From an uncultured Desulfobacteraceae bacterium (GTDB lineage: Bacteria > Desulfobacterota > DSM-4660 > Desulfatiglandales > HGW-15): DNA of 64,000 nucleotides. Positions 28,064 through 36,671 of this stretch are shown in pieces. The notes under the pieces were generated by a model that saw nothing but the letters and a program-made list of their open reading frames with translations, was not told the DNA's origin and did not search any database. A program made the translations under genes and the position numbers. The DNA lies in assembly GCA_964418945.1 (NCBI GenBank), contig CAYQNR010000004.1:2156-66155 (forward strand), written 5' to 3'. Within the stretch, counting starts at the first letter, position 1, and every line of letters begins with the position of its first letter.

Positions 28064-28984
28064 ATGCAAAAGAGAATTACTCGAAGGGATTTTATTAAGA
28101 AAGCCGCTGTTGCCGGAGCCGTTGTAACAACTTCAAAGGTACTTGCGGATCCAGCCCAGACAAAAAATATACGAGGAGGTGATCAGATGGCGATTTCAAC
28201 AGCAACATTCAACAAGTATGGCACCGATCTCGAGAAAATGTTGCTATTGAGCACATACCCCATTGCGATAAAGATGCTTGAGACCGAATCCCAAATCCCC
28301 AAGGGCGCCATACGGCCCAAAAAAGACCGGGGCGAGCATTATGCCATGTGCCAGGCCTTTGCCCTTGCCCGCCGCCAGGGAATGACATTGGCCATGTTCA
28401 TCGAAGATCATTGGTGCTTTGAACCCATAATCTCCTACGGGCTTGTGGAAACGCCTCAGGATTATCTGGATGGATTCACCAATTCGTTTTTCATGGCCGA
28501 TAAAGAAGCGGCAGCGAAACATGCGCGCGGAATGACCCGCCTGCCCGTCGGGAAGTATGCCGGAATGGTTTTGGGCCCACTGAAAACGGCGAATTTTGTT
28601 CCTGACCTCACGATGATTTATTCCAATACCGCACAGCTGCGACATTTACTCCTTTCTTTGAGATACCTCAATGGGACCCAGGTGACTTCAACCATTGATC
28701 CCATAGGATCCTGTGTCCATTCGGTCGTTCCCTCACTTTTAAATGATGAATGCCACATTACGGTGCCTGATCCCGGTGATTTCGAGCGCGCCGGGGCTGG
28801 GGATGATGAAATGATTCTCACGGTTCCTACCAGAAGATTGAAGGAGCTGATGGATGGGGTATATCATTTTGACAAAGCCATGGCATTTAGAAACTTTAAC
28901 TATTCAATACAACCGGACTTCCAGCAGCCTCCGTTCTATGAGGAATATTTTAGAAGGTGGGGATTGGATGCGCCTAAGAAGTAG
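28064..28984 (+). CDS. DUF169 family protein with in-frame Tat-like N-terminal extension
   Basis: RITRRDFIKKAAVAGAVVTTSKVLA lies at the N-terminus. An alternative ATG 28187 has a strong AGGAGG 7 nt upstream. The body is homologous to the fragment at 2-265. Confidence 0.8.
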   Translation: MQKRITRRDFIKKAAVAGAVVTTSKVLADPAQTKNIRGGDQMAISTATFNKYGTDLEKMLLLSTYPIAIKMLETESQIPKGAIRPKKDRGEHYAMCQAFALARRQGMTLAMFIEDHWCFEPIISYGLVETPQDYLDGFTNSFFMADKEAAAKHARGMTRLPVGKYAGMVLGPLKTANFVPDLTMIYSNTAQLRHLLLSLRYLNGTQVTSTIDPIGSCVHSVVPSLLNDECHITVPDPGDFERAGAGDDEMILTVPTRRLKELMDGVYHFDKAMAFRNFNYSIQPDFQQPPFYEEYFRRWGLDAPKK

Positions 28985-29022
28985 GAGTTAAAGGCTTAGT
29001 AGCATGTAACGAAGTTTTGAAA

Positions 29023-30255
29023 TTAGTAACGTCCGTATTCACGGGTAAAATCTATCATCGCCTTCAGGTTTTCGGGCCTGACTTCATCTACAACCGATGC
29101 GGGTCCTACAATCAGTCCGCCGTCCTTTCCAACGACATCGATCAGCCATTTGCAGTATTTCTTTACTCCCTCCACATCGCTTGCCTGCAGCAGCGAGGAC
29201 GGTACGTTCCCGGATATGCAGACGTGTCCTCCCAGAACTTCCTTCGCTTTAACTATATCCGTGTGGTCCATGCGGGCGATCACTTTACCTTTGGGCAGTT
29301 CTCGAAGGTATTCCAGGCGTTGGGTATAGTCGCCCTCAAAAAAGATTTCAGGCGTGTACCCGGCATCCACCAGCGCGTGGACTAATTTAAGGAGGTCGGG
29401 CCAGTAGAATTTTTTAAACTGATCCAGCGACATAAAGCCGTCTGCGCCTCGATGCAGGGCCATGAAGGTGGTCGTGAAACCGTCGGGTTTCGGAGCGGCT
29501 GCGACGGCTTTGAGGGTTTGATCGGAGATTCTTTCAATCGCGGCCAGCAGTTTGTCTGGTCGTCGGTACATGTCGAGCATGGAACCCCGCATACCTCGCA
29601 ATAAGTCGGAAACCATATCAAATGGCACCGGCCCTCCGACCATGGTCATCCGACACGGGAAACCGTTTTCATTTAAAGCGTCAAACATTTCCTGGTTCTG
29701 TCGCATCCATTCCACCGCCTCATGTGAAATCGAAGATAGCGTTTTGAGCATCTCGGCAAATTCCGGCAAGGCAAAAAGATGCAAGGGAAGCATAAAATGC
29801 ATGGAATGAAGCGGGGGCAAAGCTGATAGCGGCGCCAGTAAGCCGTACATTCTCGGCAAAAGGGTCCGAATGGTGAAATCCGACTGGTCATTTATAAAAT
29901 GCTCGTATTCTTCCGCTTTCATGTACTCGCCTTCAACAAACTGGTGCGAACGGTTCTTTCCCACTCCGTGCCCGGGCCAGACGAAGAATTTTTGATCCAG
30001 TGTCTCAAGGACCCTGCCGGATTCATTGGGGAAGAATTCGCACCGGTCCGGTTGAAAATAGTGTGCCGTTTTCAGATAGGCTTCTTTCCACTTGGGGAAG
30101 TCGTAATATGCATCACTATAAGTAATACCTGTAAACCTAGCCGGTAGGTAGCTTAAATGAACCGAGGTCGGAACCCTGTCCGGTATCCTTAGTTGAACGG
30201 CATCGATATACCTTTTTTCTCTTTCGCGATACAGTTGTTCCGTAACCTTGTCCAT
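29023..30255 (-). CDS. Uroporphyrinogen-decarboxylase (URO-D) family protein (MtaA/methyltransferase-like), paralogue 1
   Basis: 410 aa, URO-D-fold-like, homologous to 45462-46805. Confidence 0.75.
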   Translation of the reverse strand: MDKVTEQLYREREKRYIDAVQLRIPDRVPTSVHLSYLPARFTGITYSDAYYDFPKWKEAYLKTAHYFQPDRCEFFPNESGRVLETLDQKFFVWPGHGVGKNRSHQFVEGEYMKAEEYEHFINDQSDFTIRTLLPRMYGLLAPLSALPPLHSMHFMLPLHLFALPEFAEMLKTLSSISHEAVEWMRQNQEMFDALNENGFPCRMTMVGGPVPFDMVSDLLRGMRGSMLDMYRRPDKLLAAIERISDQTLKAVAAAPKPDGFTTTFMALHRGADGFMSLDQFKKFYWPDLLKLVHALVDAGYTPEIFFEGDYTQRLEYLRELPKGKVIARMDHTDIVKAKEVLGGHVCISGNVPSSLLQASDVEGVKKYCKWLIDVVGKDGGLIVGPASVVDEVRPENLKAMIDFTREYGRY

Positions 30256-30285
30256 TCTTACCTCTCCAGATGTCTTTTTAAGTGG

Positions 30286-32349
30286 TCACCCAAGCCTGCC
30301 TTTATTTTGGAGTGTATCAGCCACTTTCTTCAATCCCATGGCTTCAAGTGTGCTTCTTTTCGGCCAGCCGCTATCACTGTTCCAACCTTCAAAATCATAG
30401 AATCTGGTTTTCCATTCCTCAAACCTATTCCTATCCAGGACCCTGCCTACACAAGGGCTGTAGCTCCAGGCACCGTTCTCATAGACCGGCAGGTAATAGG
30501 GCTCTTCCGTAGGAACATTGTAGACATATCCAGCCAATACTTCCATATCGCGATGTCTCCCCTGCATCACCCATATGGCCCTGTCCAGGTTCCATATCTT
30601 GCGTCCGATCTCGATCCCCTCGACAAAACTCAAATTCTTTCCGGTAACCGCATTAAAAAACCTGGATTCCCCTTCCGGTGTTGGCCCGGACTTATCAGGA
30701 CTATTGGGGGTAAAAAAACGAGGCCAGACCCAATCACAGAAGAGGATAGACTGTATCCAGAATCTGGTGTAGTGCCTATGCCAGGCTATTGTTTTAACCC
30801 TATGGTCCGAATAGATTCCTGTGGGGCCTTCACTGTAGTCGAACATAAAGGGATCGCCTGCATATGGAGCCACACCCGAAGATAATTTCTCTACTGCTTC
30901 TTCAGCAGAAAGCACAGGATCCATATCTGCGCTTTTTGTCCAAGTTGGCATATGGTGTATGGCCATATTGAAGCTGTGCTCATTAATATCTCTTTCTCCC
31001 AGGATGGAACCATAGCTCCACTCCACCTCGAGCCTTGGGTCATAATGCTCAAAATATCCCCAGTTCGGCAGGTTCAGGAGTCCGCTTTCACTATCCTCCT
31101 TATATCGTCCCCATGTGTCTGCCGCTCTGGCCACGCCTCCGCTCAGGGCATCGCCAATCCCCTCCCTGTTGGCGATTTTCTTGACAAGTGCATGAATGAA
31201 TTCAACCCTGCCGAACAACTCCATTGGCAGGTTACTTTCAATCTTCTTTCCGGGCCCCAGTATTCCCTGTTTATAGAGTGCCTGGATATATGAAAGCATC
31301 GGACGCATTTGAAAGGCATTTATGCCGTAATACTGAACCAGGTCGCAAGCAATCTCCTTATCCTTTCGAGTCCCCTGAAGAGCCATAGCCGCCCAGATGG
31401 TGTCTTCACAGCTCAACTCATTACTGACACCGCCGGCCAATCGCATGCGGCAGGCCTTAGGGCATCCGGCACAGGCCTGGGCGCGTGCCGGTTCAATTGG
31501 GAACTGCTTGTTCACGAAGTTATCGTCCCCAGGATTATCGTTGACGGGTGAAAAAACAAATACATCCGGAGGTTTCTCCATCCTGGGATTGTCAACGTCA
31601 TACTCGAATTGCCGATACCACAGTCGGGCTTCCATAAGTGCATTTGGATTGGCTATGGGTAAACTTCCAGTACCGATCACGCTTATAGCCTTAAGCTTCT
31701 TTGATCCGAAAACTGCTCCAAAACCACCCTGCCCCGCGCCATTTCCCGCATCATGAATCAAACAGGCAATCCTTACTTGATTCTCCCCCGCAGGTCCAAT
31801 GCACAGTACTGCGGGTTTCTGGGTCGTATAGTGATCCCCGATATCCAGCCATTCGCCGGACTTCGCGCCAGCTGTCACCCGCCTCCAGATTTCCTCCTGC
31901 GTCTCCATGACATCCAGACCCCACAGCGACCCGGCGGGTTCAATCTTTGCTTTATCATCAATGATATTGATCCACACAGGCTCATCGGATGCCCCTTCAA
32001 CGACAACTCCATCCCATCCGGCATATTTAAGCTGGGCTGAAAAGCGTCCTCCAAAATTGCTGCGGGTAAACCATTCCACAGGGTATCCCTGAGGCCCTAA
32101 TCCTTGCACCTCGCATCGTCCCGCAGCGGAAGGCACAATTACACCGGAAAAAGGACTTGCGATCACAGTAACGACATTTCGGGGATCAAGGGCGTCAAAG
32201 GGCAACTGATCACCGATCAGGTCCCAGAATATGGCGGAACCGATTCCGTGACCACCGCCATACTCTTCGTATTGTTCAGTCTCCAGGGTACTGATTGATT
32301 TTTTGTTTAAGTCTACCCGTAAAATCTTTCCGGTATATCCATATGCCAT
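30286..32349 (-). CDS. Aldehyde:ferredoxin oxidoreductase (AOR) family tungsto/molybdo-pterin enzyme
   Basis: Typical AOR N-terminus MAYGYTGKILRVDLNKK...GGGHGIG and C-terminus ...GWNSDSGWPKRSTLEAMGL. Confidence 0.88.
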   Translation of the reverse strand: MAYGYTGKILRVDLNKKSISTLETEQYEEYGGGHGIGSAIFWDLIGDQLPFDALDPRNVVTVIASPFSGVIVPSAAGRCEVQGLGPQGYPVEWFTRSNFGGRFSAQLKYAGWDGVVVEGASDEPVWINIIDDKAKIEPAGSLWGLDVMETQEEIWRRVTAGAKSGEWLDIGDHYTTQKPAVLCIGPAGENQVRIACLIHDAGNGAGQGGFGAVFGSKKLKAISVIGTGSLPIANPNALMEARLWYRQFEYDVDNPRMEKPPDVFVFSPVNDNPGDDNFVNKQFPIEPARAQACAGCPKACRMRLAGGVSNELSCEDTIWAAMALQGTRKDKEIACDLVQYYGINAFQMRPMLSYIQALYKQGILGPGKKIESNLPMELFGRVEFIHALVKKIANREGIGDALSGGVARAADTWGRYKEDSESGLLNLPNWGYFEHYDPRLEVEWSYGSILGERDINEHSFNMAIHHMPTWTKSADMDPVLSAEEAVEKLSSGVAPYAGDPFMFDYSEGPTGIYSDHRVKTIAWHRHYTRFWIQSILFCDWVWPRFFTPNSPDKSGPTPEGESRFFNAVTGKNLSFVEGIEIGRKIWNLDRAIWVMQGRHRDMEVLAGYVYNVPTEEPYYLPVYENGAWSYSPCVGRVLDRNRFEEWKTRFYDFEGWNSDSGWPKRSTLEAMGLKKVADTLQNKGRLG

Positions 32350-32416
32350 TGATTAATACTCTCCTTTGGGGAACGTTGGCATCTTGAATCACGGCGCAAC
32401 TCAAGCTAATGAAGCT

Positions 32417-32599
32417 CCCCGCCGCAAGCGGCGGGGTTTCAAGCGGAATTCCGCCGAAACCACCCGCCTTTCCATCCTCCATAGCCCGTCCTCCGCAGTG
32501 GCCTGCTACGGAGGATGGACAGGCTACTGCGGAGGACGGGCGCCCAGTGAGCTACGGCGCGGTTCGCTACGCCATTCATCCCTGTGGCAAGCCACAGGG
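32417..32599. repeat. REP-like array of perfect GC-rich hairpins
   Basis: CCCCGCCGC-aa-GCGGCGGGG; CCCGTCCTCCGCAG ... CTGCGGAGGACGGG; CCCTGTGGC-aa-GCCACAGGG. Confidence 0.7.
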
Positions 32600-32702
32600 T
32601 ATTCTGGCGAAGGCGAATAAACGCCTATTCTTTTACACCTTCCACTTCGGATTTCAGATCCTTGTTTTCTTGAATCAGCTTGTGGACATATTTGGGTTTT
32701 GC

Positions 32703-34217
32703 CTAGTTAAGGTTGTCCAAGGCTTGGTGGTAGACATTGGTCATAACATGCCCCCCTAAGTACAGACCTACTTCACCCACAACAGTATCCAGGGATCCGC
32801 ACTGCGCATCTCCAAGATTCCGGCTTTTCTCTCCGTATGTATCCTCGATATGCCAGGACCGGATAACCTTGCCGTCAAATTCATCCACTACAATCTTAAA
32901 AAGGCCTCTGGGTCCGTCATAAGAATTGGTTTTCGAATCAAGGGTGATGGCTTCCGCGTTTTCGATGGCCAGACCGGTCATCATATAACAAAGCGGTCAG
33001 ATATAGGCGGTCTGAAGTATGAATCTTGTATCTTCACTCCAGGGATTTCGCAATTCCATCTTTCTTACATCCTCATATATCAGCAGGTCCACTTTACCAC
33101 CGTAGAAGGAGCTGACCTCATTCATCTGCGACACCGGCACAAAATCTCCCGCTTCGTTCATAAGCTTCATGGGACCCGGTCCGAAGGGCATATCAAATTT
33201 TGTATTGATCTGTACACGTATGTTTTCGTAATCCAGAGACAGGGTCGGCCGTATGATGGTGCTATGCTCCAGGATATGCTTTTGGTTCCTGTAAATATCC
33301 AAGGTCAGAGGCCCCAATGTCTTCTCAGCAAGCACATTGCCTTTCGAATCCAGCAGATTGATCCCGACCGTTCCGAGTTCGGGATCGACCGACAAGACCT
33401 TGACTCGGTATTTACCGGCCTGTAAGGTCTGGCCGGCGGCCACATCGTTGGCAACTATCGGTTTATCATAACTGGTTTTGAACCAGATCATGTCCAGGGC
33501 TCCAGCCTCTTTGATCTTTATTCCCTGTGGAGTTACACTGTCCACAACAACAAAGAATGTTGCGGATGCGTCAAAAGGATCACCGAAGAACTGCAGAGGC
33601 GGGGGAGTGATCATTCCTTCACCCTGCAGATAGCCGTAGGCGATAGCATTTCTTGACCTGGCATATCCTGAGGGAATAACAACGGACAAATCCCATGTCC
33701 TATAACCGTTGGCAAAAACAAATTGAAAAGCGGCCGACCTTACATTCAAAAAGCCTTCCATGGAAAAAGTATTGGCAAGAGCAATCGTGCCCTCTTCACA
33801 TAAAGGTACGGGTCGCTTCCCTTGTGCTACGATAAAGTCTTTCTTAATGGCCATGGCTTCCTTCTTCCCCAGCCAAATGGCTTCCTTACCGGCGATAATA
33901 AGTGGTTCTCCGTTCAGATTAGAAAATCCCTCTCCTCCAAAGGTGAAATAGATTAAACCGCCCGGAGGAATTCTAATCTTCCCATCTTCGATGCTACTCT
34001 GACGGATCATAAATCCTTCCGTAATCCCTCTTTCAATGCCATGGCGGTTGGGCAATAACTTTGGAGCCAACAGCTCGGGCATCTCCTCCGGCGCAACGAA
34101 AGATGCATCTGGAGAAGGTAGTTTATAGTGAGCGTTTTCTTCCGCATTTCCTGGGAGCGTGAATGCCAGGAGAAAAACTACGGACAAGACAATATGCAAT
34201 AGTCCTCTCTTTTCCAT
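32703..34217 (-). CDS. Exported protein, candidate selenoprotein (in-frame TGA at 32997-32999; motif U-P-L-C)
   Basis: ORFs 32997-34253 and 32703-32984 share a frame and are separated by TGA plus 4 codons. ATG 32984 has no SD. AAGGAGG precedes ATG 34217, and a signal peptide is present. Confidence 0.55.
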
Positions 34218-34345
34218 ATCTTGCCTCCTTGTTTTGGGGGTTTGTATTGTCATAAGCGGCTTATATTCAATTCAGATCAGGAGTATTGGCATATACTCCC
34301 GGTCTGTAATATTAACGGCTACAGGCATTGCCTTTGCCGGGGGGT

Positions 34346-34642
34346 CTAAAGCTGATGGACTTTTCCTGTTTCTTTATTCTTCCAGTACCCCCTCAGCGCC
34401 AGCGGCCAGTTAAACTGGATAGCCCCGGGTACGGGGCAGTCATTGACGCAGCAACCGCCGTACCAGCATTCTTCAGGGTGCAGGATAATAGGCGGTTTGC
34501 CCTTCTGCGGATGGGGTATAAATACATCTATCTGGCATGCTTCCACGCAGACGTTGCACCCGGTACAAACATCCTCGTTGAATAATACCGGCTGGCTGGG
34601 TGTGGCAACATTGGGAATAGCGAATGTTTCTTCCTTGGACAC
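34346..34642 (-). CDS. 2x[4Fe-4S] ferredoxin-like protein (AprB-like partner)
   Basis: CTGCNVCVEAC and CWYGGCCVNDCP motifs. Start moved to GTG 34642 (TAGGAGG 6 nt upstream). ATG 34732 lies inside the upstream gene and has no SD. Confidence 0.8.
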   Translation of the reverse strand: MSKEETFAIPNVATPSQPVLFNEDVCTGCNVCVEACQIDVFIPHPQKGKPPIILHPEECWYGGCCVNDCPVPGAIQFNWPLALRGYWKNKETGKVHQL

Positions 34643-34685
34643 TTTATGCCTCCTAAAATGAAGGTTGCTTCTTTCAATCCAAAAT

Positions 34686-36632
34686 CTATTTTCTTCGGTA
34701 AACACCGGTATAGTCTTTATTGTGAGCTTCATACTGCTGTTGCATATCGCCCCAGAATGTAATAGGAAGCTCGCCGATTTTTACCTTATCGTTTTCCAGT
34801 TTGACGGTCAGGTACTTGTTCCACTCCGGCGGATCGACCGCAGGGTAATCGATCCTGTGCAGATTCAAAGGGATGCTGCTGGCCTTACGCGCCCTGGAAG
34901 CATGAATGATGATCTTCGCATAATTCAGAAGACTGATGTCCTCAAGACTGCGCATCAGCTTATGGGGATCAAGGGCATACAGGGTAGGCACGGTCTCTTC
35001 CTCAATCTTCTGCAAAGCCTCGAGCCCTATCTGGAAAAGCGATTCGGTCTTGAATTCACTGACATAATACTGCATCACCCTGGAAATACCGGCGTGCAGC
35101 TCTTTCCATTCAATACCGCTGCTACGCCTCACCGGTGCATAAACTCGCGATTTTTCAACTTCAATCTGGTCACGGGACATTTTGGATTCGCTAATTTCCT
35201 TGGCATAAGCGGCGGCTTTTCGGCCCGCGTACCGGCCGGTTGCGGCAGCATAACTATGATCCTCGGGAGAAAACATCTGGGTCCCGGCGGCGTACAGCCC
35301 GTCCAGAGATGTTTTCAGGTTCCAGTCCACCAGCAGGCCTCCGCCATAACCGGCTTCCCGCCACTGGGGCAGGCTTTGTCCTTCGATAAACTTGTAGCCC
35401 TGAAGCAGGTCGCGGCCGGGATCGAAGCCAGCCTGGTTGTAAGTGTCAATAATGACCCTGGTGGTGGATTCTTCACCAAGCATCAATCTCCAAGTGACGT
35501 TTCTCTCCACTTCCGGCATGGAAGGAAAATCGGCGTAAAAAGGCAGGGAGTATTCGCCTTTCATAATCCCTTCATGGATTTTGGCGGTTACTTCGGGAGT
35601 CGGCACCATTGCGCCGGCATCTTCCCAACCCTGTATGGGATAGGGAAGCCTCTTTCCGTTGGCGTCCACGATAGGAACATTCTCGTAGCTGGCGTCCCCG
35701 CCCCCGGTATACCACTTATGTTTCAACCCGGTGGCGATCATAATAACTCCGGTGGCTTCCATGTTGGTCAGCTCCGCTCCGGCCCTCCAGGCCATTACCG
35801 TTCCGTCGCCGGAAACCGTGCGGGGAATCATGTTGGAATATCCTCCATGCTCCATACTCATCAACCATATGGATCCGGCCCCGGCAGTGGCTAAAATGGT
35901 GGCCTTGGATCTAAAAATCATGAATTCGCCGGTACGGTTGTTCAGGCCGGTAGCCCCGATCACCCGGGCGCCCTGGATCCCGTTCTCGGTGAGCAGGCCG
36001 GTCCCCATCACCCGGTCGAAGATCTTAACCCCCAGGCGCTCGCATTCCTTTTTAAGAGCGGGTTTAAAGGTACTCCCCCAAATCCGTATCACCACATTGT
36101 TCCGTTTGTCCGGGGGATTAAAATTGGGTTCTCCCATTCTGGGATCTGGCAAATAGCTGTGAATGGTGCCGTAACGCGGGGAAATCATGAACTTGGTCTT
36201 ATCGTCTCGTTCTTCGGCACCGACGTATTCGTCGTCCGTATCCCTTATTTTGCCTCCCATCTGCTCCATCTCCAGCAAAGTGTCAAAATTCTCCCGGCAC
36301 TGGATCTGGATGCCAATACCGTTGCTATAGGGCCGGTCGGCCATATGCCGCGCCCAGTCGTCCGGAGTAACCCTGGACAGAGGATTGGCCGGAGCATCGC
36401 ACCAGTGGTCGCATCCCGGCCCACCGGCACCGCTTCTGACGGTATCGCCCTTTTCCACTAAAGCCACATTCAGCCCTTGCCTGGCCGCGCTGATCGCCGC
36501 CCAGCATCCGGCGATACCTCCTCCTATCACCAAGACATCGGTCTCGATTTCCTGTTCCTCTTCAAAACGGATAGGATAGGGCCAACTGGGAGGCCGACCT
36601 TCCTCCTTTAAGTAATCATGCCAAGTAGTCAT
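34686..36632 (-). CDS. FAD-dependent oxidoreductase, AprA / fumarate-reductase flavoprotein superfamily
   Basis: DVLVIGGGIAGCWAA dinucleotide fold and AprA/SdhA-like length and pattern. It is paired with the ferredoxin. Confidence 0.82.
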   Translation of the reverse strand: MTTWHDYLKEEGRPPSWPYPIRFEEEQEIETDVLVIGGGIAGCWAAISAARQGLNVALVEKGDTVRSGAGGPGCDHWCDAPANPLSRVTPDDWARHMADRPYSNGIGIQIQCRENFDTLLEMEQMGGKIRDTDDEYVGAEERDDKTKFMISPRYGTIHSYLPDPRMGEPNFNPPDKRNNVVIRIWGSTFKPALKKECERLGVKIFDRVMGTGLLTENGIQGARVIGATGLNNRTGEFMIFRSKATILATAGAGSIWLMSMEHGGYSNMIPRTVSGDGTVMAWRAGAELTNMEATGVIMIATGLKHKWYTGGGDASYENVPIVDANGKRLPYPIQGWEDAGAMVPTPEVTAKIHEGIMKGEYSLPFYADFPSMPEVERNVTWRLMLGEESTTRVIIDTYNQAGFDPGRDLLQGYKFIEGQSLPQWREAGYGGGLLVDWNLKTSLDGLYAAGTQMFSPEDHSYAAATGRYAGRKAAAYAKEISESKMSRDQIEVEKSRVYAPVRRSSGIEWKELHAGISRVMQYYVSEFKTESLFQIGLEALQKIEEETVPTLYALDPHKLMRSLEDISLLNYAKIIIHASRARKASSIPLNLHRIDYPAVDPPEWNKYLTVKLENDKVKIGELPITFWGDMQQQYEAHNKDYTGVYRRK

Positions 36633-36671
36633 TTTTTCGATCTCCTTAATAAAACAATAGGGATTGATTTA

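Noticed and set aside
32366-32759. 84-aa and 116-aa ORFs in the AOR upstream region
   Set aside because: They are translations of the REP-like hairpin array (for example ...PAASGGVSS...), not genes.
34643-34732. ATG 34732 as the ferredoxin start
   Set aside because: It lies 47 nt inside the flavoprotein gene with no SD. GTG 34642 has TAGGAGG 6 nt upstream and lies after the upstream stop.
34665-35894. 409-aa plus-strand ORF
   Set aside because: It lies entirely antisense to the well-supported AprA-like flavoprotein gene. It is Gly/Pro/His-rich with low complexity, has no RBS and no recognisable family. This is a shadow ORF.
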